The notes: generated from the sequence alone by a model not told the origin. A stretch of 58,312 bases of DNA from an uncultured Erysipelotrichaceae bacterium (GCA_902801525.1 CADCIN010000006.1:1-58312), one strand, 5' to 3'; positions 19,339-28,938 are shown, counted from the stretch's first letter. Numbers and translations are program-made.

Positions 19339-21444
19339 TTATTTCGAACGATTAGAATTATTTTTATTAATAGAAGATTGCATACTTGTTTTATCATTAT
19401 TAAGTATTTGACGACGACTATTTAATTCATCACTCGCACTACTATTGGCAGCAGAGGCAGTACCAAAACTTGCTTTCAATGAACCAAAATTATCCTCAAT
19501 GGTAGTGCCACTTAGATCATTAAATGCATCAATATCAGCAGATATAGAGGCATCACGATAACTTGTTGAACCTTGATTATTACGATCTGCATATGCCTTT
19601 GCATAATAATCTTTAGCGTTATCATCAAGTAATCCTAAATCAATACTTTGTGCCTCAGCTAAACTAACTCTTTGTCCATTAAATTCAAAATATTTATTTC
19701 CACGACCATCATCATGAACACCAACACCTTGATTCATAGCTGCAGTATAAGCAGAATGATATGCACGATAATTACCACTAATTTTATTACCTTTACTATC
19801 AATAAAAGAACCAGTTGTGTAAGTACTATCAACAGCTTTCGATTTAGCTCTATCCATAATAGATTTTCTATGGGCATTAATATCCTGTTGATGTTTTAAA
19901 GCTAATTCATCATTTTTAATACGTTCCTCTTCAGCATCCCAATTAGCTTGTTGAGCTTCATAAGCTGTTTGACCAGAAAATAACGCTCTTAAATCTTGAC
20001 CAGTACTACGTAAAAATGTTTTATGATTAGCACGATCTTGATTGTGTTTACTAATATTATCCATAACACTACCAATAGAATTACCATCTTTTGAATTATG
20101 TAAACCCTTTGCTCCAGCATAACCACCACCTAAACTGCCAAGAATAGCAGATCCAGCATTACGACCATAATATCTTAATTTATTATTATCTTTCAAATCT
20201 GCGTTTTCTTTAGAAGCAGCTCTCCATCCGGTTACACCTGAACCAATCATACCACCAGCAAGTGCTCCAACGCCAGCCAAAGTACCAATATTTCCAAATA
20301 AACTACCATCACTTTTAATGTCAAACATATCCATAAAGAATTTAGGAGCTTGTTTAGCAAAAACAAATAAACCAATATATACAAAAATTTTAGTTAAGAA
20401 TGATGATTTTGCATCAATAGATTCATCTATGATTAAACATAAATCAACAATAAATACTATAATAGCTATTCTTAAAAATAAATCTAAAAAGGTTTTAATT
20501 GTTAATTTTAACCATGATTCAAAAGCACTGCTTTTACCAGGTGAAAGTAATGAAATAATAGGAATAGGTGCAATAATTCTAAGTAAAACAAGTTTAATAT
20601 ATCTAATTGCAATATCTACACAGAAACCAGCAACTACAAATATTAAAATAACACCACATATCATTGAACCTAATGGAATGTAATTAAAAGCATAATAATC
20701 ATGTCTCTCACCATCAGTACCCATAACTTCATCATCACATTTTTTCATAATATCTCTATTAATTATCAAAGAATAATCGTCTGTATCATTATGAGTTATA
20801 TAAATAGCGTCACCTCCATTAGGAGTACATAGAGCTTTACTAGGATCATCAGGATTCGTAGCCGGATAAACAAAAGATCTAAGGATTATCGATATCAATT
20901 GACCAGATTGTTTATCAACATCAGAGGTATATTCTTCACCTCTCCCTAAAATAATTTTAGGAATAATATTTTGATTAATAACACTTTCTTGTACAAGTTG
21001 TAAAGTACCAAATAAAATACCATAATTTCGCAAATAATAATTATATGTACGTACATCCTTGCCATTAACATTTTCATGATCAGAAGATTCAGGAATACCA
21101 CTCATTGGAATTAGCGAAGTAATTAAAACTAAAACTAACATAATATTAAGAATTAATTTTTTTGCTCCTACTTTAGAATCTTTAATTTTATCAGGATCCA
21201 CAATATAATTTAAAATAGCAATAGAAATTCTAAAAACGATAAATAAACTTAAAAGAAGTTCAACATTATGTATTAAAGTATTTACTATAGTATTATCTTT
21301 CATTTCCAATTTACATAAATCAAAAAAAATTTTAAAAATCAAATCTAAAATAAAATAAATAAATCGATCAACAAATTGACAAATTACTCTAAGAGTCAAA
21401 ATACCTTTACCTTTAAGACCATCTGTATACCCAGGAGTCCACAT
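19339..21444 (-). CDS. Extended VirB6-like polytopic channel protein
   Basis: About 6 TMs, R.IKL..L..IAPIPI.S, F..W.K, QAPKF, then Gly-rich segment and long hydrophilic tail. Confidence 0.8.
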   Translation of the reverse strand: MWTPGYTDGLKGKGILTLRVICQFVDRFIYFILDLIFKIFFDLCKLEMKDNTIVNTLIHNVELLLSLFIVFRISIAILNYIVDPDKIKDSKVGAKKLILNIMLVLVLITSLIPMSGIPESSDHENVNGKDVRTYNYYLRNYGILFGTLQLVQESVINQNIIPKIILGRGEEYTSDVDKQSGQLISIILRSFVYPATNPDDPSKALCTPNGGDAIYITHNDTDDYSLIINRDIMKKCDDEVMGTDGERHDYYAFNYIPLGSMICGVILIFVVAGFCVDIAIRYIKLVLLRIIAPIPIISLLSPGKSSAFESWLKLTIKTFLDLFLRIAIIVFIVDLCLIIDESIDAKSSFLTKIFVYIGLFVFAKQAPKFFMDMFDIKSDGSLFGNIGTLAGVGALAGGMIGSGVTGWRAASKENADLKDNNKLRYYGRNAGSAILGSLGGGYAGAKGLHNSKDGNSIGSVMDNISKHNQDRANHKTFLRSTGQDLRALFSGQTAYEAQQANWDAEEERIKNDELALKHQQDINAHRKSIMDRAKSKAVDSTYTTGSFIDSKGNKISGNYRAYHSAYTAAMNQGVGVHDDGRGNKYFEFNGQRVSLAEAQSIDLGLLDDNAKDYYAKAYADRNNQGSTSYRDASISADIDAFNDLSGTTIEDNFGSLKASFGTASAANSSASDELNSRRQILNNDKTSMQSSINKNNSNRSK

Positions 21445-21459
21445 AAAATCACCTCTTTT

Positions 21460-22362
21460 TTATAAATTACACTTGCTTGCAGTAAAACCAAAAATATCTA
21501 AGAATCCACTTACAAGTGTAGGGATAATAAGCAATGCTAAAATACATATTAACCTAGTAATAAATCTTTTATAAGTCTTCTTCATTGATTCCTCATCACC
21601 AAAGAAAGATTTAATAAAATCAATAGCAGATAAAACTAAAGTTAATACAGGTCCTAAAATTCTAATATATGCTAAAATTCTTTTTATTATCCAACCAACA
21701 CTATACTTATCAGTACCTAAAATTGCTTCACAATTTTTATATTTAGTATTATTTTGTATTACATTTTTTGTATACCAAGGTTTATTATTATTAGAATTGC
21801 CATTTTTATTAACAGGATCAGAAGATTGATTGCTCGATAGAACAAAACCTTCTTTTAAAGCAGATTCTTCAAAACTTAATGCAAGGGAACCATTACTAAA
21901 ATTAGTATATAATTTAGGACAACGAGCAAGTAACTCATATTTAGTTTTAGTTTTAGAACTTTCAGGAACCATATATAAGGAATTACTTAAAGGAGCTGTC
22001 AAAGTACTGCCATGAAAAAGTTCATCTTGCCAATCAGAATCAACTAAAACATTTGCAGTACCATCGCCACAACTACTTATAAATAAATGTATATCTCCGC
22101 CCATATGTGTAGAGCCAGTAATACAACCACCACCAAAAACAGCATTAGCCACATCCCCAATAATTTCACCCCAACTATCGTCTGTGCTAATACCGCATCC
22201 AGAACCTGAAATATGATAACTGCATGATATTTGTGCTGCATTTGCATCACAAACTTGAGGATCACCACTAGTTTTGATTACAGTTTCTGCAAAAACACTT
22301 TTTGGTAATAATAAAAATATAAAAATAAATATATATATAAATAATAATCCCTTTTTTTTCAC
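21460..22362 (-). CDS. Secreted Cys-containing head domain fused to a C-terminal VirB2/TrbC-like pilin hairpin
   Basis: Signal peptide ending VFA; C-terminal YIRILGPVL..IDFIKS..K...KRFITRLI..IPTLV; GTG start at 22362 after TTGATA-17-TATACT promoter. Confidence 0.7.
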   Translation of the reverse strand: MKKKGLLFIYIFIFIFLLLPKSVFAETVIKTSGDPQVCDANAAQISCSYHISGSGCGISTDDSWGEIIGDVANAVFGGGCITGSTHMGGDIHLFISSCGDGTANVLVDSDWQDELFHGSTLTAPLSNSLYMVPESSKTKTKYELLARCPKLYTNFSNGSLALSFEESALKEGFVLSSNQSSDPVNKNGNSNNNKPWYTKNVIQNNTKYKNCEAILGTDKYSVGWIIKRILAYIRILGPVLTLVLSAIDFIKSFFGDEESMKKTYKRFITRLICILALLIIPTLVSGFLDIFGFTASKCNL

Positions 22363-22416
22363 GTAAATCACCACAATAAAAGTATAACAAATAAAATAAA
22401 AATTATCAATATAAAT

Positions 22417-22442
22417 AAAAAAAAACACATAAATGTGTTTTT
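22417..22442 (-). terminator. Terminator after the VirB2-like pilin
   Basis: AAAAACACA-4 nt-TGTGTTTTT hairpin with T-run. Confidence 0.65.
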
Positions 22443-22452
22443 AAAAGATTAA

Positions 22453-22797
22453 TTAAGCATTATTCCATGCACTAGTCCAACAATTTTTATAAGAACCAGT
22501 ATCACCAGTTTGTGCTTCACCACCAACTGTAACTAAGCTCATAATTAAACTTACTAAATATGGGATTAAGAAAATAATAATTGCATAAATAACACGTTTA
22601 ATTAAATGTCCTTGTGCTTCCTTAATTTTCTTATCATCACTTGAGATAACAGCCTTACCTAAATCAAAAGTACCAAATACTATTAAAGCAATTGGAATAA
22701 AAATATGAACTATTTTAACAACTTTAGCTAAAATTGTTACTATAGGTAAAAGACCTCCACAAGTACCATTAATATTAGCATCTAAAATTTGAAACAT
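22453..22797 (-). CDS. VirB2/TrbC-like pilin
   Basis: Two hydrophobic helices with DLGKAV..DDKKIKEAQ..IKRVI loop, flanking Cys pair; AAGGAG RBS. Confidence 0.75.
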   Translation of the reverse strand: MFQILDANINGTCGGLLPIVTILAKVVKIVHIFIPIALIVFGTFDLGKAVISSDDKKIKEAQGHLIKRVIYAIIIFLIPYLVSLIMSLVTVGGEAQTGDTGSYKNCWTSAWNNA

Positions 22798-22822
22798 AAA
22801 ATCAATCTCCTTCTCTAAAAAT

Positions 22823-22851
22823 ATAATACAATATATGACAGAAAATGTCAA
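22823..22851 (-). promoter_or_regulatory. Dedicated promoter for the VirB2-like pilin
   Basis: TTGACA-17 nt-TATTAT. Confidence 0.65.
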
Positions 22852-22854
22852 TTA

Positions 22855-23934
22855 TTATCTATTAAAAATACTGAAAATACCATTTGTAGTCTCACTATTA
22901 GTATTATCATCACTCTTATCAACTAATCCAAGTTTTGAACATAATTCATTTAAAATACTATTATCTACTCTATCATTTAAAGGCGGTATTTCAAATAAAA
23001 CATCAATACCAGTTTCAGTTTTAAAGTCACTGATATCACCTTTACTTAGTAAGCACTTATTTAAAATAACCTTTTTCTGAGTTAATTTTTTAAGTAAATC
23101 CATTCTATTTCTTACTAACCTATTCATTCTAATAACACTAGGTTCAACCAAATATACTGTATCAGTACAAACAGATTCACTTCTATAATCATTGAAATCA
23201 ACTAGAATAACTTCTGCATCTTGATGACTTCTAATAATAGAAACTAAATTATCACCTGTACAAGCAAACATATTACTATTATTACCAAAATACTGAAAAT
23301 CGTGTCTATTAACTTCTATTGCAACAACTCCACTCTTTCCATATACTTTTTGTAATTCTTTTTGAAGCATATAAATAAGACTAGTAGATCCAGCATGAAC
23401 TGTTGCATTAATAAATCCGATAATTTTTAATTGCTTATTAGCACTTTTTACAACTTTAACTTTCTTCTGTTCAACATCATGTTTTTTATCATTAGAAATG
23501 ATATCTTTATTCTTAGTGTTAACATTTTCATTAACAATAGTTGCACCAGTGTTACTATATTGTAATAAACTAGCAACATTTTCATATGTATTAGACTTAT
23601 TAATTAAAAATTTAATCCCATTAACATTAGTAGTAAAATTATATATACCAAGTTTAACAAAATTACTTAAAAAAGACGGAGAACACACAGTACTATCTTG
23701 TGGCAAAAACAAAATTATTTTATTAAGATCAAAATTATCTTTAAAGAAAGTATAACTATTTGAATCTTCATAATTCTTAAGTGCAGTAACATCTAAAATA
23801 AGTTTATCAAAAAATAAATTTTTAAACATTTCAACTATTTCATTCGCAGTATATTCACCAGTTACATTCTTAATAACATCTAAATCTAAATTAAATAAAA
23901 CATCAGATTGTTTATTAGACACAATAACATTCAT
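22855..23934 (-). CDS. TadZ/CpaE-like protein (receiver-like domain plus degenerate MinD/ParA P-loop)
   Basis: DKLILDV receiver-like strand; KIIGFINATVHAGSTS deviant Walker A; VILVD; LVEPS; VILNK. Confidence 0.6.
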   Translation of the reverse strand: MNVIVSNKQSDVLFNLDLDVIKNVTGEYTANEIVEMFKNLFFDKLILDVTALKNYEDSNSYTFFKDNFDLNKIILFLPQDSTVCSPSFLSNFVKLGIYNFTTNVNGIKFLINKSNTYENVASLLQYSNTGATIVNENVNTKNKDIISNDKKHDVEQKKVKVVKSANKQLKIIGFINATVHAGSTSLIYMLQKELQKVYGKSGVVAIEVNRHDFQYFGNNSNMFACTGDNLVSIIRSHQDAEVILVDFNDYRSESVCTDTVYLVEPSVIRMNRLVRNRMDLLKKLTQKKVILNKCLLSKGDISDFKTETGIDVLFEIPPLNDRVDNSILNELCSKLGLVDKSDDNTNSETTNGIFSIFNR

Positions 23935-23954
23935 ATATTCACCTCCTAGTTAAA

Positions 23955-24404
23955 TTACATACTACAATCCATGGTTTTTGTATTACCTTTTACTTTAAAA
24001 GCCTCCATCTCAGGTATAAAACTTTTTAAAATAGGAATGTCTATATCAACAATAGTAATTACATTGTAGTAACATTTATGTTCATCATTTGAATAAGATT
24101 CAGTAGATGCATCTACATTTTGATAACAAAAGCCTAACCCATCAGGACAACATAAAGCACCTTTATTACATTGAACTTTCTTTTTAATGGAACCAGGACT
24201 ATATCCTAAATTTCTAGAATATTGAACTATTTCTTCCTTAACTTCATTAGTATATCCTTCATTTTTTTCAATTAAATCAATTAATTTATTTTTAACTCTA
24301 AATGCTTTCGAATATCCAATATTAAAAGCTAAAAAACCACTAACTAAAGCTATAAAAACAAAAATAATCATAAAGTTAAAAACACCACCAATAGCATCAC
24401 GCAT
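23955..24404 (-). CDS. TadE/F-like pseudopilin
   Basis: Short N-terminus MRDAIGG, hydrophobic helix, Cys-containing head; follows the Flp-like pilin. Confidence 0.55.
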   Translation of the reverse strand: MRDAIGGVFNFMIIFVFIALVSGFLAFNIGYSKAFRVKNKLIDLIEKNEGYTNEVKEEIVQYSRNLGYSPGSIKKKVQCNKGALCCPDGLGFCYQNVDASTESYSNDEHKCYYNVITIVDIDIPILKSFIPEMEAFKVKGNTKTMDCSM

Positions 24405-24435
24405 TTATAATCACCTCAAATTACTCAATAAAATA

Positions 24436-24464
24436 AATAACTATAATGATTTATTATAGTTATT
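24436..24464 (-). terminator. Hairpin/terminator after the Flp-like pilin
   Basis: Perfect 12-bp stem AATAACTATAAT/ATTATAGTTATT, 5-nt loop, T-rich tail on the minus strand. Confidence 0.7.
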
Positions 24465-24499
24465 CTCATAAATATAAATTAACATATTGAATATTATAA

Positions 24500-24655
24500 T
24501 TATTGTTCTTTTGTACCATTAATTGTATTATTCCATTGTGTGTTAATAGAACTTTTAACATTGTTCCAAAGTCCAAATCTAAAAAATCCTAAAACTAATG
24601 CAATTGCAATTAGAGTAATAACAGTTAATCCTAATTCACCTGAAGCTGCCTTCAT
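24500..24655 (-). CDS. Flp-like major pilin, 51 aa (absent from the ORF track)
   Basis: MKAASGELGLTVITLIAIALVLGFFRFGLWNNVKSSINTQWNNTINGTKEQ; AAAGGA RBS; directly after TadC. Confidence 0.8.
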   Translation of the reverse strand: MKAASGELGLTVITLIAIALVLGFFRFGLWNNVKSSINTQWNNTINGTKEQ

Positions 24656-24714
24656 TATTAAAACACATCCTTTCATATATAATACATAGTAATAACTACA
24701 TACCCTACAATATT

Positions 24715-24742
24715 ATTATAACAAAAATTTAAAAAATAACAA
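24715..24742 (-). promoter_or_regulatory. Promoter for the Flp-like pilin
   Basis: TTGTTA-16 nt-TATAAT with extended -10 TG. Confidence 0.55.
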
Positions 24743-24758
24743 TAGATTTGATAAAATT

Positions 24759-25541
24759 TTACATACTTAATATAGAAACCATAGAAATAAGCATTATAAG
24801 CATGACACCAATACCAGAAACAATTAACATAATCATTGTTTGGTTTTCCATATGAGTAAGTCTAGCTTTATATTTCTTTTCACGTGCTTTATTTTGTAAA
24901 CTAGAAATAGTTCTAGAAAACATCATAAGTCTTTCTTGTTTTTTCTCTTGAGAACCTAAACCTAAACGATATAAAAGTCTCATCATACGAATTGAATCTC
25001 TTACTGGATAAGTATTAGCAAATTCCATATAAGGATCAATTGTTGAATCACCTGAATTAATTCTATCAACTAAAGTTCTAAGCCCTGGTTTAAAAATATC
25101 AGGAGCATCATCCATACTTTTACCTAAAGCAACAGGAACAGTATAGTGTTGAATTAAAATCTCTAAACTTTTTAAATAATAGGGAAGCATAATGTCAATA
25201 TCATTTATATGTTTTTTATAATGTGATTTTAAACTAAAATATGTAGCTTTAAAAGATATAAAAGATAAAATTAAAGCAAGTACTAAATTTATAAAAGAAA
25301 ATGAACTTAAAAACATAGTTAAAAATGCAATTGATAAAACTATCGAATTAGTAACTCTTTTTCTATAAAGTAAATTAACATCTACATCATCACCATACTT
25401 AGAATAAACTAAAAAGTTATAATCTTCTTCTCTAAGTAAATTAAAAAATTCCTCATTATCAATAAAAAACTTATCTTTATCAATTGTTTTATTATAAACT
25501 AAAATAAAAACAATTATAGCGCAAACCAATAATATTTCCAT
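24759..25541 (-). CDS. TadC-like (T2SSF) platform protein
   Basis: TM pair, LPYYLKSLEILIQ..VPVAL, C-terminal TM; second of two platform genes after tadA. Confidence 0.75.
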   Translation of the reverse strand: MEILLVCAIIVFILVYNKTIDKDKFFIDNEEFFNLLREEDYNFLVYSKYGDDVDVNLLYRKRVTNSIVLSIAFLTMFLSSFSFINLVLALILSFISFKATYFSLKSHYKKHINDIDIMLPYYLKSLEILIQHYTVPVALGKSMDDAPDIFKPGLRTLVDRINSGDSTIDPYMEFANTYPVRDSIRMMRLLYRLGLGSQEKKQERLMMFSRTISSLQNKAREKKYKARLTHMENQTMIMLIVSGIGVMLIMLISMVSILSM

Positions 25542-26437
25542 TACTCAGCACCTACATTCTCATTATAAAATTTTTCACCTTTAATTAAAAAGTAAGTATT
25601 AACTATTAATACTAAATGAAGCAAAATTCTAACGAATAATGAATCCAATAAATTTAAATAAGATTCCCTTCCAACTAAATATTGTACAACCATAACCATA
25701 AAATAAATCATAAGACCAAATTGTATAAACTGTTGATGAAACGTTTGTCTATCTATTCTATCTCTATATACACTTTCAACAAGCATATCGATATCATTTT
25801 GCATGTTATCAAGTGATTCAGAAGAATCTTTAGCACCTTCTTTTGTAATTTGTAAAAATAATTGATGCATATTTTTAACAATATAAAATGGATATAAATT
25901 AGCCATATAAGCAAGTGATTCATCAATAGTACCATTTTGATATGCTAAATCTATCATATGTTGAACATCTCTTTTAACTGGATCTTCTAGAATACCTGAT
26001 TCAATAACACCCTCTAATGATTTAACAAAAGATTGAGTTGTAGCAAATTCCATAATAGTATTTGATGTATAAACTTGAATTTGTTCAAAAATAAATTCAC
26101 TATATACTCTCTTACATCTTAAAAATGCAAGATATGGAACAAAAGCAATAGCTACAATAATATAAATAACACTAGTAACTAAATTATAAAAATATAAATA
26201 AGAAACAACTCCAGCAAATCCCCCAAGTAAAACAATTTGAATTAAATATTGACGAGGAGTATATTCCTGACCCAACTCTTTAGTTTTATCTCTAACTTTT
26301 TTAAAAGAATAAGGTGCATATTTATTATAAAAAACTTGAGTTTGCTGAGTAATAAATTTACCCATATTATTACCACTATAATTTCTATAAAAAACTATAA
26401 ATAACGCAATAATTAATAAAAGTAAAAGTTCAATCAT
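25541..26437 (-). CDS. TadB-like platform protein
   Basis: TM pair, helical cytoplasmic domain, two C-terminal TMs; immediately after tadA. Confidence 0.75.
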   Translation of the reverse strand: MIELLLLLIIALFIVFYRNYSGNNMGKFITQQTQVFYNKYAPYSFKKVRDKTKELGQEYTPRQYLIQIVLLGGFAGVVSYLYFYNLVTSVIYIIVAIAFVPYLAFLRCKRVYSEFIFEQIQVYTSNTIMEFATTQSFVKSLEGVIESGILEDPVKRDVQHMIDLAYQNGTIDESLAYMANLYPFYIVKNMHQLFLQITKEGAKDSSESLDNMQNDIDMLVESVYRDRIDRQTFHQQFIQFGLMIYFMVMVVQYLVGRESYLNLLDSLFVRILLHLVLIVNTYFLIKGEKFYNENVGAE

Positions 26438-26447
26438 AAAACACCTC

Positions 26448-28055
26448 CTAAGATAATTCCCCAATATTTAAAACTGGTTGAGAAGATAAAGTCTGTAAGT
26501 TACTTCCTATACTACCAGAAGCACCATTTTCTTGTACAGTATTTTGAGTATTTGGTAAAACACCATTACTTACTACATTATTACTAGTAGAAATAGGTAA
26601 ACCACCATTATTAATTACATTGTTACTAGAAACAGTATCCTTTGTAATATCAGGAGGTGGAATAACAGGATTATTTAAGCTATTACTATCTAAAGTATTA
26701 ACCGTAGGATTCAAACCAGTAACAGGCAAAGTATTACTATCTACTACATTATTTATAACTTGATTAGAAGCTACATCATTAATAGCATTAGTATTATTAT
26801 TAATAGAATCTGTAATAGTATTTAATGTACTATCCACACCATTACCTACTAGATTATTAGTTTTATTAGTAGAAACATCAACACTACTATTTACAGCATT
26901 AGTATTAGTATCATTAACTTGTTCAGTATTATTAGCTTGATTAGTATTAATAGTACTAACTTCTGGAGAATCAAAACTTTCTTCAAAAGGTTTATCTTCA
27001 CTTAACTTATTAGCAATATCAGAAACATCAATATTTTGATTTGATAAATATTCAAGTAAATGAGCACTAGGTTTATACATTACCGGAGATTTACCAAAAA
27101 CTTTACGATAAATAGTATGTGAAACAGGATTATTATCATCATCAACATAAAATTCAGTGACTTCATCTACTTCACGGTGAAATTGACCATATTCTTTACT
27201 ATAATAAGCTTTAATATGAACACCAATTTGTACATATCTATAAATAGTTGTAAGAAACTGATTAACATCAAGATCAGTTTCCATCAAACTATAAAGACGA
27301 TATGGAATAGCAGATGCTTTATCAGCATGTATTGTAGATAAAATATTATGTCCAGAAGAAATAGAGTTACGTACAGCGCTAACTGCTTCAGCACTACGTA
27401 CTTCGGAAAGTAGAATCCATTTTGGATTCTGTCTCATACAAGTAACTAAAACATCAGAATAACTTGCAACGTTATTAGTTTTCATTGAAACTATATCTCT
27501 TTGAGGGAATATTTTATCAAGATGAAGTTCAAGAGTATCTTCAATAGTAATTATCTTCTCTTCAGTTTTAGTATGAGAAGCTAAATATTTAAGAAACTCA
27601 GTTTTACCTGAACCAGTTTCACCACAAACAATTATATTACAATGTCCTTGAACACATCTTATTAAAAAATCATGAATATCATTTGTAAAATAATCTTCTT
27701 TTAATAATTTTTCTTTCTTTAATCTAATTTTAGCTGGAGTTTTACGTATAACCATTGCAATTCCATTAGTAGCAATAGATTGATGTACAAAGTTTAAACG
27801 TAATTCTGAACTTTCAGCATCAAGAAAAGGTTTGGCATTATTAAATGTCGTACCCATAACATTAGAACATTGAAATGCAAGTTTTTCAATGAATTCAGTA
27901 GTAACGCCATCAATTTCAACTCTTAAAGAACCTTGTGTTAAACTACGTACCCAAATTTGACCCCCATTATCAAATGAAATATCTGTAATGTCATCATTAT
28001 CTAGAACTTGTTTTAAAGGTCCAAAATCAAGTTTATCAAAAATACTTTCATTCAT
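26448..28055 (-). CDS. tadA: TadA/CpaF (VirB11-family) ATPase with low-complexity C-terminal tail
   Basis: DDDITDI-type N-domain, Walker A GETGSGKT, TIEDTLEL, MRQNP..ILLSEVR, SGH...STIHA. Confidence 0.9.
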   Translation of the reverse strand: MNESIFDKLDFGPLKQVLDNDDITDISFDNGGQIWVRSLTQGSLRVEIDGVTTEFIEKLAFQCSNVMGTTFNNAKPFLDAESSELRLNFVHQSIATNGIAMVIRKTPAKIRLKKEKLLKEDYFTNDIHDFLIRCVQGHCNIIVCGETGSGKTEFLKYLASHTKTEEKIITIEDTLELHLDKIFPQRDIVSMKTNNVASYSDVLVTCMRQNPKWILLSEVRSAEAVSAVRNSISSGHNILSTIHADKASAIPYRLYSLMETDLDVNQFLTTIYRYVQIGVHIKAYYSKEYGQFHREVDEVTEFYVDDDNNPVSHTIYRKVFGKSPVMYKPSAHLLEYLSNQNIDVSDIANKLSEDKPFEESFDSPEVSTINTNQANNTEQVNDTNTNAVNSSVDVSTNKTNNLVGNGVDSTLNTITDSINNNTNAINDVASNQVINNVVDSNTLPVTGLNPTVNTLDSNSLNNPVIPPPDITKDTVSSNNVINNGGLPISTSNNVVSNGVLPNTQNTVQENGASGSIGSNLQTLSSQPVLNIGELS

Positions 28056-28118
28056 ATTCTCACATCCCAATTTATTCTTTTGTTCTTTTATTATTTATTC
28101 TTTTTTATATTAATAATA

Positions 28119-28916
28119 TTATTGATTATCAGTCCAAACAGTAACATTATTAATCCAGTTTTTAAGGTCATTACTTGAAACAGATATCTTACCTTGTTTT
28201 TCTTTAAGACTTTCATTAGTAGGAACAGGTATCAATGTTGAATCATAAGATCTTAAATATTCTGCCTTTTTAAGTAAAATATAATACTCTTCTGGTAAAG
28301 CAAATATAATCATTGCAGGTTGTCTTTTTTCATCTAAGTTAGCAAATACAGGATTACCTTCACTATCTTTTACAGCAATTACTTTAACATTTTGTAATAA
28401 TTTACCTAACATAATTTTATCAGCATCAGCTGTAACAGCTTGCCCATCAGCTATTTTATTAACAGCCTTTAAATAAATATCTATATAGTTACCTGGAAAA
28501 ACTGAATTACCATAAGTAGATTCAGAATCAACTGCTAAGTTATATAAAACGTAACCTTTAGGATAATCAAGTATTCCACCAGAAGCTAAATTTGCCTTAT
28601 CAACAACACTTCTGGAATAAAATAAACTACCCTCTGGAATAATACTATCATCATTAGAATATTTATCAACAACTTCTCCCTTATTTCTAATGACATTACC
28701 TTTTAACATTGCAGGAGGTACTTCCATAATACCAATCATATCATCAGTTATTTGTGTTCCAGGACTAATTGTTTTAATTGCATAAGGAACAGGTACAGGA
28801 TTAACAGCATTTTTAACCCTCATATTGTATCCAAAATAAATAATTAAAACAGCTAGTATAACACCTAAAACAGTAACAGTATTTTTATTAGTTAATGCTT
28901 TTTTTAAATTACCCAT
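28119..28916 (-). CDS. CpaB/RcpC-like SAF-domain pilus assembly protein
   Basis: TM, VPYA..TI.PGTQITDDMI (SAF), PGNYIDIY, LLQNVKVIAV. Confidence 0.85.
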   Translation of the reverse strand: MGNLKKALTNKNTVTVLGVILAVLIIYFGYNMRVKNAVNPVPVPYAIKTISPGTQITDDMIGIMEVPPAMLKGNVIRNKGEVVDKYSNDDSIIPEGSLFYSRSVVDKANLASGGILDYPKGYVLYNLAVDSESTYGNSVFPGNYIDIYLKAVNKIADGQAVTADADKIMLGKLLQNVKVIAVKDSEGNPVFANLDEKRQPAMIIFALPEEYYILLKKAEYLRSYDSTLIPVPTNESLKEKQGKISVSSNDLKNWINNVTVWTDNQ

Positions 28917-28938
28917 TTTTATCTCTCACTTTCTATTA

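Noticed and set aside
22495-22520. EAQTG in the VirB2-like pilin as a sortase motif
   Set aside because: No proline at position 2 and no following TM or basic tail; probably chance.
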